Shown here: piece after piece, positions 25,805 through 39,884 of the stretch
Layout of the letters: every line of letters begins with the position of its first letter
How positions within the stretch are numbered: the first letter of the stretch is position 1
DNA from: Octopus bimaculoides
Lineage: Eukaryota
Length of the DNA: 64,000 nt
Assembly: GCF_001194135.2 (NCBI RefSeq)
Contig: NC_068995.1
Span: 55,264,574 to 55,328,573 of the forward strand
Direction: 5' to 3'
The notes under the pieces: generated by a model
Seen by the model: the letters and a program-made list of their open reading frames with translations, nothing else
Database searches by the model: none
Told to the model about the DNA's origin: nothing
Made by a program: the position numbers and the translations under genes

Positions 25805-26808
25805 GATCAAACATTCATACAGTATATGGGGATAGGACAATAAGCGTGAGCCAGTGTTAACAGTGGTTCCAGAAATTCAGAAATATTTGGACGGAAACTA
25901 CAGCGCAGAAGACGAGCCTCGTCCTGAAAAATCTGTAGAGCTTGACGAAGACGTCTTGCAAACTTGGTGGAACAAAATCACATCGTAAATGTTGAGGAAC
26001 TTGCAGAGAAGCTTGGATTTGATCATTCAACCAGTCATCGACACCTTCGTGCCATCGGAAATGTGAGCAAATTGGGTCAATGGGTTCCTCACAAACCTTC
26101 CGAGTCTAATCGCGCGCAGAGACTGAATGTGTGCTCTTCTTTGCTATCACATCTCACGAACGAACCATTTTGGGGCCAAAAATTGACTGGTGACAAGAAA
26201 TAGGCTCTCTACAAAAATGTCAAATGTTGTAGGAAAAAAGAGACACCGGCACCGCAGGCTAAAGGTCTTCACCTCCGTAAGGTGTTGTTAACTGTTTTGT
26301 GAGATATGGATGGTTTAGTCCACATTGAACATTTAAACCCGAACCAAACGATAACAAAGGAGATCTACTGCGAGCAGCTTGAGCGGCTTAAGTCAGCGCT
26401 AGAAGAAAGAAGACCATCTTTGGTTTCAAGATGAAAGGTATTCTTCCATCATGATAATGCTTGGCCACATACAGCGAGGATGACATTCCAAAGGCAGAAA
26501 CAGTTTGAATGGGAAACGATATCCTATCCACCATATTCGCCGGCCACTACCCCATCTGATTTTCATTTATTCCGCACTCTTCAAAATTATTTGGACGGAA
26601 ATAATATGAATTTTGTAGACGAGGTCAGAACAGTACTGGTGGAGTGTTTTTCGTGACGGGGCCTTGCAACTCTACCAGATAGATGGAAGAACATTGTAGA
26701 AAATGAAGGAGAGTTTATTTGAGATTTAAAAAGAAGTTTGTTTATCTTAGTTTTGAAAAATAAAGAAGTATAATATAAAACGCACTTTTTATGGCATGAC
26801 CCAATATA
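25805..26808 (+). mobile_element. Decayed mariner DNA transposon, D,D34D transposase pseudogene, 5'-truncated
   Basis: NIHTVYGD...WFQKFR...EDEPR; WVPHKP; TGDKK*(W); HHDNAWPH; YSPATTPSDFHLF; LPDRWKNIVENEGEF; D at 26192, 26453 and 26558 (34 residues between the last two); several stops and frameshifts. Confidence 0.95.
26777..26806 (-). repeat. Right terminal inverted repeat of the mariner, ending at TA
   Basis: Reverse complement TATTGGGTCATGCCATAAAAAGTGCGTTTT resembles mariner TIRs and sits just after the transposase end; left partner not found. Confidence 0.65.
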
Positions 26809-28520
26809 TGATTTCTTATTCGCTGAATATAACATAATGGCGGTTGCAAAATGACGTCAGGATGGACATCCTTGTAAATATACACTACATATACCTAGAA
26901 ATCACAAGCAGTTATATCTATACATGTGCTAATTAATGTTTCGCAATGATACTACGATTGAGCTTGTAATTGATACTACTCCGATCTTATCACTAATATT
27001 TTACTGACAGCATATCATTATGCTTTCACCAACAGAAGCCTGCGTCCGAATATGTTTATGTGCATTTCCTAAAGTGTGCTAAGCCATTACTACATTAAAC
27101 TGATATTTATATATCTAGAGGAGAAATTAATGAATGAGGCAGGCCATTACTGGGTTTTAAACACTTGACTAATATATAATCCCAAAAGTAATCCTCTAAT
27201 TTTGCAATTCATTAATGAGTACTTGGACCAGCATTGTGTGCAATCAACCGCCAACTAAATATTAATATATTCTGCAAACATATAAATATGAATATCCCGG
27301 AATTATCCAAGACATCCCAAGTAAGATATCTAAGCGAATTACATTTTTCTCATGGTGTATTTTTGTTTGCTTTGTTTTTAATCTACATATATGTAGAGAT
27401 TGTCAGATGAAAACGAATTAATTTTGCGGATACACTTTATTCTAGTCATATCAATGGCCACGGGATGCTATCCTGTAATGGCATCTCAACGTTAAAATGA
27501 GATAGAGATAAAGCATATCCTTCCTCTCGGTGTCACACTCTCTACATATCACTGCCTCCCTGCATCTCTCTTCCCCATTCATTCTCTCTCACTTTTTCTC
27601 TATCTCTCTATCTCTCTATCTCTCTCTTTTTCTCACACACAGGTACACATACAGTTTGAATATAAATTTAAAAGTAAACAGGTATCTAAGTATATAGGTA
27701 TATACATACGCAGAAATACATATGAATATATATATATAAATCTCTGAGCGAGGTATATATAAATTACATGTAATACATACATACATACNNNNNNNNNNNN
27801 NNNNNNNNNNNNNNNNNNNNNNNNNNNNNNNNNNNNNNNNNNNNNNNNNNNNNNNNNNNNNNNNNNNNNNNNNNNNNNNNNNNNNNNNNNNNNNNNNNNN
27901 NNNNNNNNNNNNNNNNNNNNNNNNNNNNNNNNNNNNNNNNNNNNNNNNNNNNNNNNNNNNNNNNNNNNNNNNNNNNNNNNNNNNNNNNNNNNNNNNNNNN
28001 NNNNNNNNNNNNNNNNNNNNNNNNNNNNNNNNNNNNNNNNNNNNNNNNNNNNNNNNNNNNNNNNNNNNNNNNNNNNNNNNNNNNNNNNNNNNNNNNNNNN
28101 NNNNNNNNNNNNNNNNNNNNNNNNNNNNNNNNNNNNNNNNNNNNNNNNNNNNNNNNNNNNNNNNNNNNNNNNNNNNNNNNNNNNNNNNNNNNNNNNNNNN
28201 NNNNNNNNNNNNNNNNNNNNNNNNNNNNNNNNNNNNNNNNNNNNNNNNNNNNNNNNNNNNNNNNNNNNNNNNNNNNNNNNNNNNNNNNNNNNNNNNNNNN
28301 NNNNNNNNNNNNNNNNNNNNNNNNNNNNNNNNNNNNNNNNNNNNNNNNNNNNNNNNNNNNNNNNNNNNNNNNNNNNNNNNNNNNNNNNNNNNNNNNNNNN
28401 NNNNNNNNNNNNNNNNNNNNNNNNNNNNNNNNNNNNNNNNNNNNNNNNNNNNNNNNNNNNNNNNNNNNNNNNNNNNNNNNNNNNNNNNNNNNNNNNNNNN
28501 NNNNNNNNNNNNNNNNNATA

Positions 28521-28522
28521 TG

Positions 28523-28615
<93 letters not shown>
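28521..28615. repeat. (TAGA)n microsatellite
   Basis: Direct reading. Confidence 0.95.
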
Positions 28616-28722
28616 GTACCTGTGACTTCGTGCATATGTGTAAAGTGAGTGATGTGTTGTTGATCACTATTTAAATTAACACAAGCCGTCATAAGTTTTT
28701 ACTAATGATTTAATGAAATGCC

Positions 28723-28797
28723 TGACAGCTTGCAACTTACTGATACAACGTGATTCATTATATATTCCTGGTATGATAAATCTCCTACGTGATGGAT
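28723..28797 (+). promoter_or_regulatory. Candidate enhancer motif cluster (MEIS TGACAG plus three TGATNNAT)
   Basis: TGACAG 28723, TGATTCAT 28751, TGATAAAT 28774, TGATGGAT 28790; motif match only. Confidence 0.25.
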
Positions 28798-29802
28798 TAC
28801 CATTTTAATTAATCTCATTAATTGAGTGAATTACACGCAACCATTATTTACCTTAATCATTTTCTCATTTTCAGCTAATTACTTCATATCTTAATTTCTC
28901 TAATTTATTGCATAATTTAATGATTGCTCTTTCTGGAGAATACATGACATTGAACGATCCCATTTGATATTGAAATTACCCAATACAAGAGGTGGTCATC
29001 TTATCTCATTAAATTCGTAATTATTCCTTTTGTTCAACTTGATGTGTCAGATTTGAAATATTGCAGCTCTGTAGCAAAAACTTTCCCCAAATTGTTTATT
29101 TAATTATACCAACTCTATTGGCGTCTGAAAACTTTTAAATCACCCAAGATCCAACGGTTATTCAATTTGTTTAGTGATCAAAGGCCATGCAAAATAACGT
29201 ACACCAACTTCACATTATTTAATTTATAAAACCAGTAATATATTTCTTTTTAAACTGTTAAGAGATATTCAATGCATCGTGATGCTCGTATTCATTTTCT
29301 CAGTTAATGCAGCATAAACATTGCATCCACCACTCAGTATGGCAATTAATATTATATCATATGTTATGCATTGAATTGTATCAAATTGCATAATTTTTGC
29401 ATCATGTACTGTAATATATGGTGAGGCATTATATAACTAGGTGCAGTTTTCTGATGTTATGCACTCCATTGTAGCATATGATTCCCAAAACACAACTGTT
29501 GGATTGTTTGACTCCGGATTATCCTATCGTGTGATAGAATAACAATCTGTGAATTACAGTACGAAAGCACACACAAACGAACAGTATAGCAAGCGGCACA
29601 CTCTTTGTGTCACTATTCCTATTGACCCATGATTGTCTAAGATTAAAATTTTCCCAAAGATACCCCAGGAATTAAACACACACATACACACACACACACA
29701 TACAAGTGCACCCCCCACATACACACAATTATATATCGTTGCTATTATGTTAAACTGTCATATGTCCAAATTTGGCCAAATGCGTTCTATTAAAAAATTA
29801 AC

Positions 29803-29873
<71 letters not shown>

Positions 29874-31327
29874 AACAGACACACAGACAGACAGATATAG
29901 AGAATAGAGAGAGACAGAGTGAGAGAAAGAGATGAATTAAGCCTACGCTTAATAGATGAAATTGAAAAATATGGGACAAACAGGCCGAATGAAGGGGAGA
30001 TAACAATTATCCGACTGAAATAGAGTGTCCAAGTGCGTTTAAGTAAATGACAATGATATGTGCGATTGGAGATGAGCGCATGTCTAAGTGTGTGGGCGAT
30101 TATGTGAATCTGAATGTGTTTATGTGTCTAATAAGCAACTGCGAGCATTGTGCGGATTGATGGTTGTTCTGTGTATTAACGTATGTCTGTGTCTGTGAGT
30201 GTGAGTGCATGCGTGTGCGTTTTTGTGTGTGTGTATGTTCCCACCATATACATTCATAATATACATAATTATTAAAAATAATAGATATAATTATTAAAAA
30301 ATGCTGACTGCGGGAAATATCATATTAATCATTTATAATAGAAATTAATGACGTAGTTTAATAGAGATTAATTTCTGGCTAATTATATTTATGCATTTCG
30401 CTGTGGTAGCAGTTTGTACTAAATCATAAAACAGGAAAAGGAGACATCCTATCTTCTTATATATTGATAATTATAGACTGACAGACAGACAGATAGAAAG
30501 ATACATGCTTGCATACATACGTACATACATAAACATATATATATATATATATATATATATANNNNNNNNNNNNNNNNNNNNNNNNNNNNNNNNNNNNNNN
30601 NNNNNNNNNNNNNNNNNNNNNNNNNNNNNNNNNNNNNNNNNNNNNNNNNNNNNNNNNNNNNNNNNNNNNNNNNNNNNNNNNNNNNNNNNNNNNNNNNNNN
30701 NNNNNNNNNNNNNNNNNNNNNNNNNNNNNNNNNNNNNNNNNNNNNNNNNNNNNNNNNNNNNNNNNNNNNNNNNNATAGATACACGGAGTTACACGCGCAG
30801 ACACACGCATTATGTAGATATATCTACATAGGTAGATACATGGACATTTGTATATGTGTGTGTATATATATGTATATGTATATTTATATAAGAATGTAAA
30901 GTCATTTTTTGTAATCATAGGGTCTTATCAAGAGGTCTCAAATAACGTTATTTGATATTTGATATACCTGGATATTACTACCAGGTATGACTCTTCCGAC
31001 TACCACTGCCGGTCAACTGGTCATTTTCTCACACACACTGCTCCATTCGACTACTTGAAGCAACTGTACACACACGTGCCATCATTTAGGATGCAAAAAT
31101 GTAAGCCTAAAGACCTAACGAATCTTTTCGTTTTACTTTTTTACTTTTCTCTCCTTTCAACCTTCGTTCTCCTCAAATCATTCTGATGATGTTCCATATA
31201 TAGAACGAGATAAACGCAAGTTAGCTTTAAAAATAACAAACAGAAACAACTGTAAATGATATCTTAAACATAATTAAATTGATGCTCATTCAATACTAAA
31301 AATTGTTTGCTCCATTTCTTCTCTTAC

Positions 31328-31368
<41 letters not shown>

Positions 31369-32558
31369 GTATATGTATGTATGTATGTATACTAATACAT
31401 CAGATTAATCATTTTTATAAGAGATTCTTTATGGAAATCGATGATAGTTTTGGGGATATTAATTTCAACGCAATTATGTTTTTGCTTATTTTTGTGCAAC
31501 AGTTTATATTATAGAAAGTCATTAAGAAAATATGTATCCGATATTCAGTTTACGTAACTTTCTTGTTCATGTCTTACGGAGGCCAATATAAATTACTGCA
31601 TTATATTCGTATATATCTCTGTTCACGACATAATGCGCACGAAAGCTTAACTGCACCATTGATACTTTTATATAATAATCCCACTAGATATTTCTTTAGT
31701 TTTAACTTTGTCAGAGATATTTCAAACCCCGTTCTCTCTTTATTGAAAGATTTAACACAAAGCAATCTGCGCATGTTTCCATAATGTAAAATTCATTCGA
31801 ATTAAATTGTTCGTTCCAGATATATTTTTATAATTCAGTGAATTCATTCAAGTCTGCCCTTCTTTTCTATGATGTGAGCTCCAAGTTGAAACGGCAATTA
31901 CTACGTAAAGTAATTTTGATCTCCAACATTCTTTGGAATACAAAATAGAATAATTTACATAAGAGAGAACATATTATCTAGAGAATAAATGGGCATATGC
32001 AAGTGAAGAAAAATAGAACAACTAAAAGTGGAGATTCTTTTTATAACATTTAAATCTCTGCAACGGAATAAAATCAATACGAGGTGGTATTAAGCTTTAT
32101 TTCAAATTGATTGAAACCATGGTATACTGTACAAAGAGGAGTAATGTGACCTAACATTTGGTTCTAAATAATTTCTATATATCATATACACAAGGAATAG
32201 TCTGCACTCATCGAACCACAAATTAAAAAAAAAAACATATATAATTTCAATTGGAATTTAAATTCCATCTATTTTGTACACGTGACGGGTAGATATACCG
32301 AAAGAGTTTTAAATGCAGATCAGTGCATAAACTTAACTACATTTCTTTGTCAGTTCATTGGACAAGAATAGTCTAATTACGCAATTTATTTACACATAAC
32401 TACACACTCACATAGGCAAATACACACACACATACATATGATATATTTGTATATAAACGTACACACACACATACGTAAATATACTCCCTCTCTATATATA
32501 TGCATGTATATATTTTGCACGTCTCTTTTTTATACACCTTTTTTTTCTTTGTCATACC

Positions 32559-32598
32559 GGCCATGACGAAGGGAAATAGCCCTGAAACTCGAGTCGCC
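32559..32598 (+). ncRNA. Minimal hammerhead ribozyme-like motif with a 1-nt core insertion, probably inactivated
   Basis: GGC - C[a]TGACGA - AGGG aaatag CCCT - GAA - ACTCGAGT (palindrome) - C - GCC; GUC triplet. Confidence 0.58.
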
Positions 32599-32989
32599 TT
32601 TATATATATATATTTATATTTATATATTTATATATTTATATATTTGATCCTTTATATTGAACACTCAATATTTCATCTACATTCAATACTTTCTTTCATG
32701 GTGCCATCCATTTTTATTTTATTTTATTTTATATTGTATATTGTATATCATATTATATATTGTATATTCCATATTCTATACCCCACATTAGTTCTGCAGG
32801 AATATAAATAAAACATAAAAAACAGACAGTGTTGGAATTCTTTTAAGCAAAATAATATATTCCTCTATACACAATCATACANNNNNNNNNNNNNNNNNNN
32901 NNNNNNNNNNNNNNNNNNNNNNNNNNNNNNNNNNNNNNNNNNNNNNNNNNNNNNNNNNNNNNNNNNNNNNNNNNNNNNATATATATACA

Positions 32990-33379
32990 TGTGGTAAGTA
33001 GCCTACTTACCAACCTCATGGTCCCAGCTTTAGTCCTACTGTGTGGTACCTTGGGCAAGTGTTTTCTACTATAGCCTCGGGCCGACCAAAGCTTTGTGAG
33101 TGTAGGTCACAGACGGAAACTGAAAGAAGCCCGTCGTATATGTGTGTGCGTGTGTGTGTGTGTGTGTGTTTGTGTGTCTGTTTTCCCCCACCCCCATCGC
33201 ATGACAACCGATGTTGGTGTGTTTATGTCCTCGTAACTTATCGGTTCGGCAAAAGTCACCGATAGAATAAGTGCTAGGCCTACAAAGAATAAGTCCTTGG
33301 GTCGATTTGTTCGACTAAAGGTGATGCTCCAACATGGCCGCAGTAAAATGACTGAAACAAATAAAAGAATAGAAGAATA
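32990..33379 (+). mobile_element. tRNA-derived CORE-type SINE, family B (octopus OR2-like by recollection), near full length
   Basis: tRNA-like head, CORE-like ccttgggcaagtgttttct, internal (GT)n, tail gactgaaacaaataaaagaatagaagaata. Confidence 0.88.
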
Positions 33380-34315
33380 ACGTGTATTTATGCTGGTTTG
33401 TCCAACAAAAACAAAGCTTGCCGTCGCCCAATGAGAAGTTTTCAGACTAAATTTTGGTAAGGCTTCACTCACTTCAGGCGTTCCACACATTTATCGCACA
33501 CCATGATAAACGTGATTTTGAATTAAGGTCTACAGTTTTGTATTGTTTGAAACTGAAGATTAAATATTCTGCTCATAACGCACCAATTCTGCCAAATATG
33601 GAGAACTAGATGGCCAGTTTGAGGAGAAAACTGAGCATCTTTCTAAAATGCACTATTTCTTAAAAACATGCAACGTCTTCTAACTTCAATATTATATTCC
33701 ATTTTTATACACACACACTTCAAGGCATTATCAGTCTCATACATAGACCACAAAAGACTATTTGATTTTCCCTATTCTTCTGGTAGGGTAATACAACGCT
33801 GAAATGCATGGTGGTGTAGTAAATATTTATTTTCATACATATGGCTAAATTTGAAACCATATGGCAATAAATAAAACACTAAACGTACACCAATGTACAA
33901 AGGATTCTCAAAGATACATATAAACAGACACTGAAATATAGAAGTATACACATGCATATATGTGTATACGTAATTTCTCTTCAGCCATATACATATCTAT
34001 ATACATAGACACACGCACATATGTGTATGTAACACAATCGAAAGTATTTATTCATCAGATGATTGCTTTACAAATAATGTAAAGAGATGAATGTATCATT
34101 AATAGATTATGTTTGCGATCGTGTTTCATAGTTTATCAGTTAATTGTCTTATGAATAAAATAAATGTAGGTGTGTAATGGACACTTATTTGAACATACGC
34201 CTACGTGTAGATTTTTCACACGAATACATATACGCACTCGCTTTCTTATATATCCATATTAATACACCTATATTTAGAAACATACACGCACACGCACAAA
34301 TACACATATGTATGT

Positions 34316-34362
<47 letters not shown>

Positions 34363-34797
34363 CACACTTATATATAAACACACAAACGCGTGCGCACTCA
34401 CGCACTCACATACGTNNNNNNNNNNNNNNNNNNNNNNNNNNNNNNNNNNNNNNNNNNNNNNNNNNNNNNNNNNNNNNNNNNNNNNNNNNNNNNNNNNNNN
34501 NNNNNNNNNNNNNNNNNNNNNNNNNNNNNNNNNNNNNNNNNNNNNNNNNNNNNNNNNNNNNNNNNNNNNNNNNNNNNNNNNNNNNNNNNNNNNNNNNNNN
34601 NNNNNNNNNNNNNNNNNNNNNNNNNNNNNNNNNNNNNNNNNNNNNNNNNNNNNNNNNNNNNNNNNNNNNNNNNNNNNNNNNNNNNNNNNNNNNNNNNNNN
34701 NNNNNNNNNNNNNNNNNNNNNNNNNNNNNNNNNNNNNNNNNNNNNNNNNNNNNNNNNNNNNNNNNNNNNNNNNNNNNNNNNNNNNNNNNNNNNNNNN

Positions 34798-34853
<56 letters not shown>

Positions 34854-37800
34854 ATATATACAGAATCATCATCAATTGGCGGAAAGTAATTCGTGTATCG
34901 TGTGAATGTTTAGTTTGGTTTTCCACTAAACCGCCGGATTGAACTACCACCGAAAGTGTAATGCTGAGGCAGCGTAACACAGACGGCTAGAAGTGTTCTT
35001 TGACTGGGCAGATGTAGATCAAAACGAAAATGTCAAAAGCAAAACATTTGACATCACTTGCAAAAGACGTTTAATTTAGACAAGATATTTAAATTAGCTA
35101 GAGGATATTAACATAAGTAGAAGTATGTATATATAGATGTGGTGTGTGTGTGTGTGTGTGCGTGTGCGTGTGCGCGCGCGTATTTGTGTGTGATCGTAAT
35201 TTAAATGTTTATTAGTTAAAGATGAGATTAAATATGCGAATATTTAGACATTTAAAGTCTACTTTGCAATTCGCTTCTATTACAATACATAAGCAGTATT
35301 GTTTTTCATATTACGGTATACAATTTTATATTCTAATTTCAGATATACAGAAATTCGCAAATTTCCGAATTCTGCAACTTTTACAAGTTTGAGAAATGTA
35401 CTATGAATGCAAAATTTCTGAAAGATTTCTGAAAGTTATATAAATATGGTGCTGCATTTNNNNNNNNNNNNNNNNNNNNNNNNNNNNNNNNNNNNNNNNN
35501 NNNNNNNNNNNNNNNNNNNNNNNNNNNNNNNNNNNNNNNNNNNNNNNNNNNNNNNNNNNNNNNNNNNNNNNNNNNNNNNNNNNNNNNNNNNNNNNNNNNN
35601 NNNNNNNNNNNNNNNNNNNNNNNNNNNNNNNNNNNNNNNNNNNNNNNNNNNNNNNNNNNNNNNNNNNNNNNNNNNNNNNNNNNNNNNNNNNNNNNNNNNN
35701 NNNNNNNNNNNNNNNNNNNNNNNNNNNNNNNNNNNNNNNNNNNNNNNNNNNNNNNNNNNNNNNNNNNNNNNNNNNNNNNNNNNNNNNNNNNNNNNNNNNN
35801 NNNNNNNNNNNNNNNNNNNNNNNNNNNNNNNNNNNNNNNNNNNNATATATATATATATATATATATACATATAAAAATTTCATATATAACTCTTATGATG
35901 TTTGCGTAAGCTGTGTTGTCGAATGTGAATAGATAAGTGTTTAAACTTCAAGCTCCAACACAAGGTACTTCATATTATAGATATAAGCAAGCAAGAATTG
36001 TTACATCGGGAAAACATGCGAATTTTGCAAAAGAGTAACTATTTCCGATAAAGCATTGTCAAGTGCATTTCATTATTTTACCGGTCGCAGTCATCTTGCT
36101 GTCGCCATGATTGATAATACAGTGTAGAATATTGAAGAATACATTGAAATTTTTTTCTAATGTTATCAGTTTGTGCGTATGTCATCACCCCGTGGTAGAG
36201 ATGGTAGGCGCAGAAAATTCGATGGAATTTCAAATTGATAATGTAATGGAATATAGGCCAACGCCCAACGAACCCGAGCACCTGCTTTTCATTTAGTATA
36301 TATGCGTAATGTAACATTGAAGAGAAGTAACTGAATGTATTTGTATATTACATTACTTACATCTGCGTCTTCAATTCATATGAGGTCATGTAGTAGAATT
36401 AGTAAACATCAATTATTTAAGTAAAAATTTCCTAAAATCTTCTGACAAAGTTTACATGCGATACAATGGTATGATTGATTTGTTATTGAGTACGTTGCAG
36501 CCACCATTTTATAATTATGTTTCGTAATAGTTTCAATTACAGGCAATGTACGGGCGCCACTACCAATCAGAGAGTATACCTCACATCATTTTAACGCTTC
36601 AGCATATATGTAGATTACCATCAGTATCATCGTCGTTACCACCCCCATTATTATCTCCACCACCAGCATCATCACCATGATCATAATCCTCATCATCATT
36701 ACAACCGCATCCATCGTCATTGACGTCGGTATCGGAAGCGTTTTTGTTGTATTCGTCTTTATCATCACCAGGCTCATCGGAGTTTTCATCAATCCCAACA
36801 TCATCATATTACATAGTAAAATTAAAATGTAGGTATTAATGTAAATGTTTAATCACATGCTTCTGTTTAAGATCTTTTGAAAATGATTAGTTTTATATAT
36901 AAAACATGTTCATTCTTAATGTTTTACCGTCTGATACAAATGATAATGAAAGTGCATTCCGATTACACGTTGCATAACAAAGAAACATTCGAATTACTGC
37001 TATGTGTCTTTAATGAGTGAACATTTTAGATATTTATCACTTCAGTTACAACGCACCTAACATTAGAAGATTTTCTTCCATAATCGATAAGCCATGCAAA
37101 AAGTACATATAACTTTACAGTAATTATAAATTCAATTTTCTTTTCAAACAATATTACCAATGAATCTGTTAGTGACTTGCAATAACAGAACTCAGTATAT
37201 CTCTAATATATACATTAAATGTATTGAACCAAACAAGAAACATCGAGTGGTTGTACAGTAGAGCTAAAAAGTCGTCTGCCTAATCATTACCTGGTTTATG
37301 CTTCATTATTAAGTACGAATTCTACTAAAATTCAATTGTTATTTGTAGTTGAAAAGGACCGCATGAATAATTCTTGGTAGAGGTTGAGGTTTCATCAGTT
37401 ATTTGATATACATTCTATTGTGTGGTTGTCACTTAGTTTTAACGCTTTTTAGTATTTTTAATGTGTACTTTATCTATATAACAATATATATGCACAGGAC
37501 TTTTTAAGCAACATTTGTACATAATTTCCACACAAAACATCTCCATACACAACTTACACAATAAAGTAATGGATAGTATTCGACTTCAACTACATTTCTG
37601 GATCATCACTTCTTCAACCAGATTTCATCTTGCTTTTCGGCCATATCCAATGTCATCATCTCTCAACTGTCACCTCAATCTCTTTCATGATGGTGTTTGG
37701 TTGATGATATGCGATGTCAATTGACAGCAGCCACAATCTCAGTCTGGTACCAGAGTATATAGAACTTTATCAAAATCGATAAAACGATGTAGGAGTTAAA

Positions 37801-37886
37801 TAACAACCCCACAAACACACCCACAGACAGAATTTCCCACAGATGTAGTAGATATATATGTGTGTGAGGGTGGGGTATACGTGTAC

Positions 37887-37946
<60 letters not shown>

Positions 37947-39451
37947 ACATCAGGAAAATGCGGTGTTACTAAATCCTGCTGATTCTCTATTTTGTGTATC
38001 TGTATCGATGTATTTATCAATCTACATTTAAACAAAATTGCATATGAGAGAAACAAATGAATTATTATGCCTTTCCTTTTAAAATTTATAGTAAATATGA
38101 ATATTTTACGAGTCAATGAGAGAGCTTTTCCATGTTTGTTTCTTTTACAAGAAACAGTAACCATATCTGCCTTACACCATATCTTAAAGTACACAAAAAT
38201 GAAGATCTCATTGAATAATATAGATCCAGATAAAATATATCTGATTACAAGTCTTGTTGGTCATTACTAATAAACTTCGATCTGAGCATCCCTGGCTGAT
38301 TTCGTATTATTGAACTTTGCTGATGTAAGAAGTGGAAAACTATATTTTAAAAAACAATAAAGAAAAACCAGTGAAATTGAAACCAATTCAACATAAGAAC
38401 ACGAATCACACAAATGTTCGAACCTGTAACTTAGCATTCATTATACCAACTGCCAAATTAGTTTTCCAAGTAGTTTTGATATTTCTGTTCTTCGTCGTGC
38501 ATATTATTTATACATTTTTATATTTCAAATATAAACATTTATTTGCCACTAAATGCTAGCAAAACCAGAAGTAATTTTAAGCAAAATTAGGTTTTCTAAG
38601 AACTTTCTGCACGTTTCAAAATACGATATAACTAATAATATACTTTAACAAAATAAAACAAACTAATAATTGTGTTATATATTTTGAGTAACTGGTAACT
38701 AACACAGAGAGGACATTTAAAAGTTCAGAGTATGCCTTAATGTTACGAAAAACATAGAATATATCTACTTTATTTAAATAATATGGAAGAACATCAGAGG
38801 CGATTTTGAAAGTTAAATCCATTAGTGATGGCGTTAATGCTTGCAACATATCAACGCCAGCAACAGTAACGACATTGTAAAAACAGCAATAAAATAACAT
38901 AGTATGTAAAAGTAATCATGAAATCAACCTTTCCTAATGTCTAATGGCATATCGGAACAAATATAATTGAATTCCATCGAAGAGAGTGTTGTTTGATCCC
39001 ATTTCATAGAATTGCCCACCGATGTCTGCAGGTGTTAGTACGCATCATCAAATTACCAATTCCTTGTAGACTATCACAGAGCATCTCCCCTGTGAGTGGC
39101 CACAAACTTTTATAGTTAGATTAGATTGTTTGCGAGTAAAGAACTTTATTTCCTATTTTGTTTGTTTGTTTGTTTTTAATACATTACCACCACCCCTCCC
39201 TATATTACTGAGGGCATTCGTAAAAGGAACTTTATCGCATAAAATGTATAAGATAATGTGTAAATACATAAATATAAATAAAAGAATAAAGTAGCAAACG
39301 GAAAAAAAAGTAAGAAGCATATCTAAAGCAGTGACGTGAGACGACAACAGCATATTTGGAAAGAGAGCTAATGGAAGCAAACATACAGAAGTTCAGAAAC
39401 AAATTAACAAATTAATCTGCATTTACGAACACTCGTACAAACACACATACA

Positions 39452-39486
<35 letters not shown>

Positions 39487-39582
39487 ATATATAGAGTTCA
39501 GTATCTGAGAGAAAGACGACGAGAGGTATTCAATGAATGTATCAGCGTACGAATGTATATACTTGCATGTGTATAATCTTTT

Positions 39583-39655
<73 letters not shown>

Positions 39656-39744
39656 CATACATATATTTACAATTGTATGTGTGTACATTATCTATGTATG
39701 CATATATCTATGTATATAAACGTTTACTGATGTATGTACAGACG

Positions 39745-39812
39745 GACGGACAGACAGAGAGACAAACAGGCAGACAGACAGACAAGCAAACAGAGAGACA
39801 AACAGACAGAAT

Positions 39813-39864
<52 letters not shown>

Positions 39865-39884
39865 CATAGATAGATAGATAGATA
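39745..39884. repeat. (GACA)n/(GATA)n microsatellite
   Basis: Direct reading. Confidence 0.93.

Noticed and set aside
38616-38900. 94-aa hydrophobic ORF on the minus strand
   Set aside because: No splice sites or recognisable domain; ORFs this long are expected by chance in 64 kb
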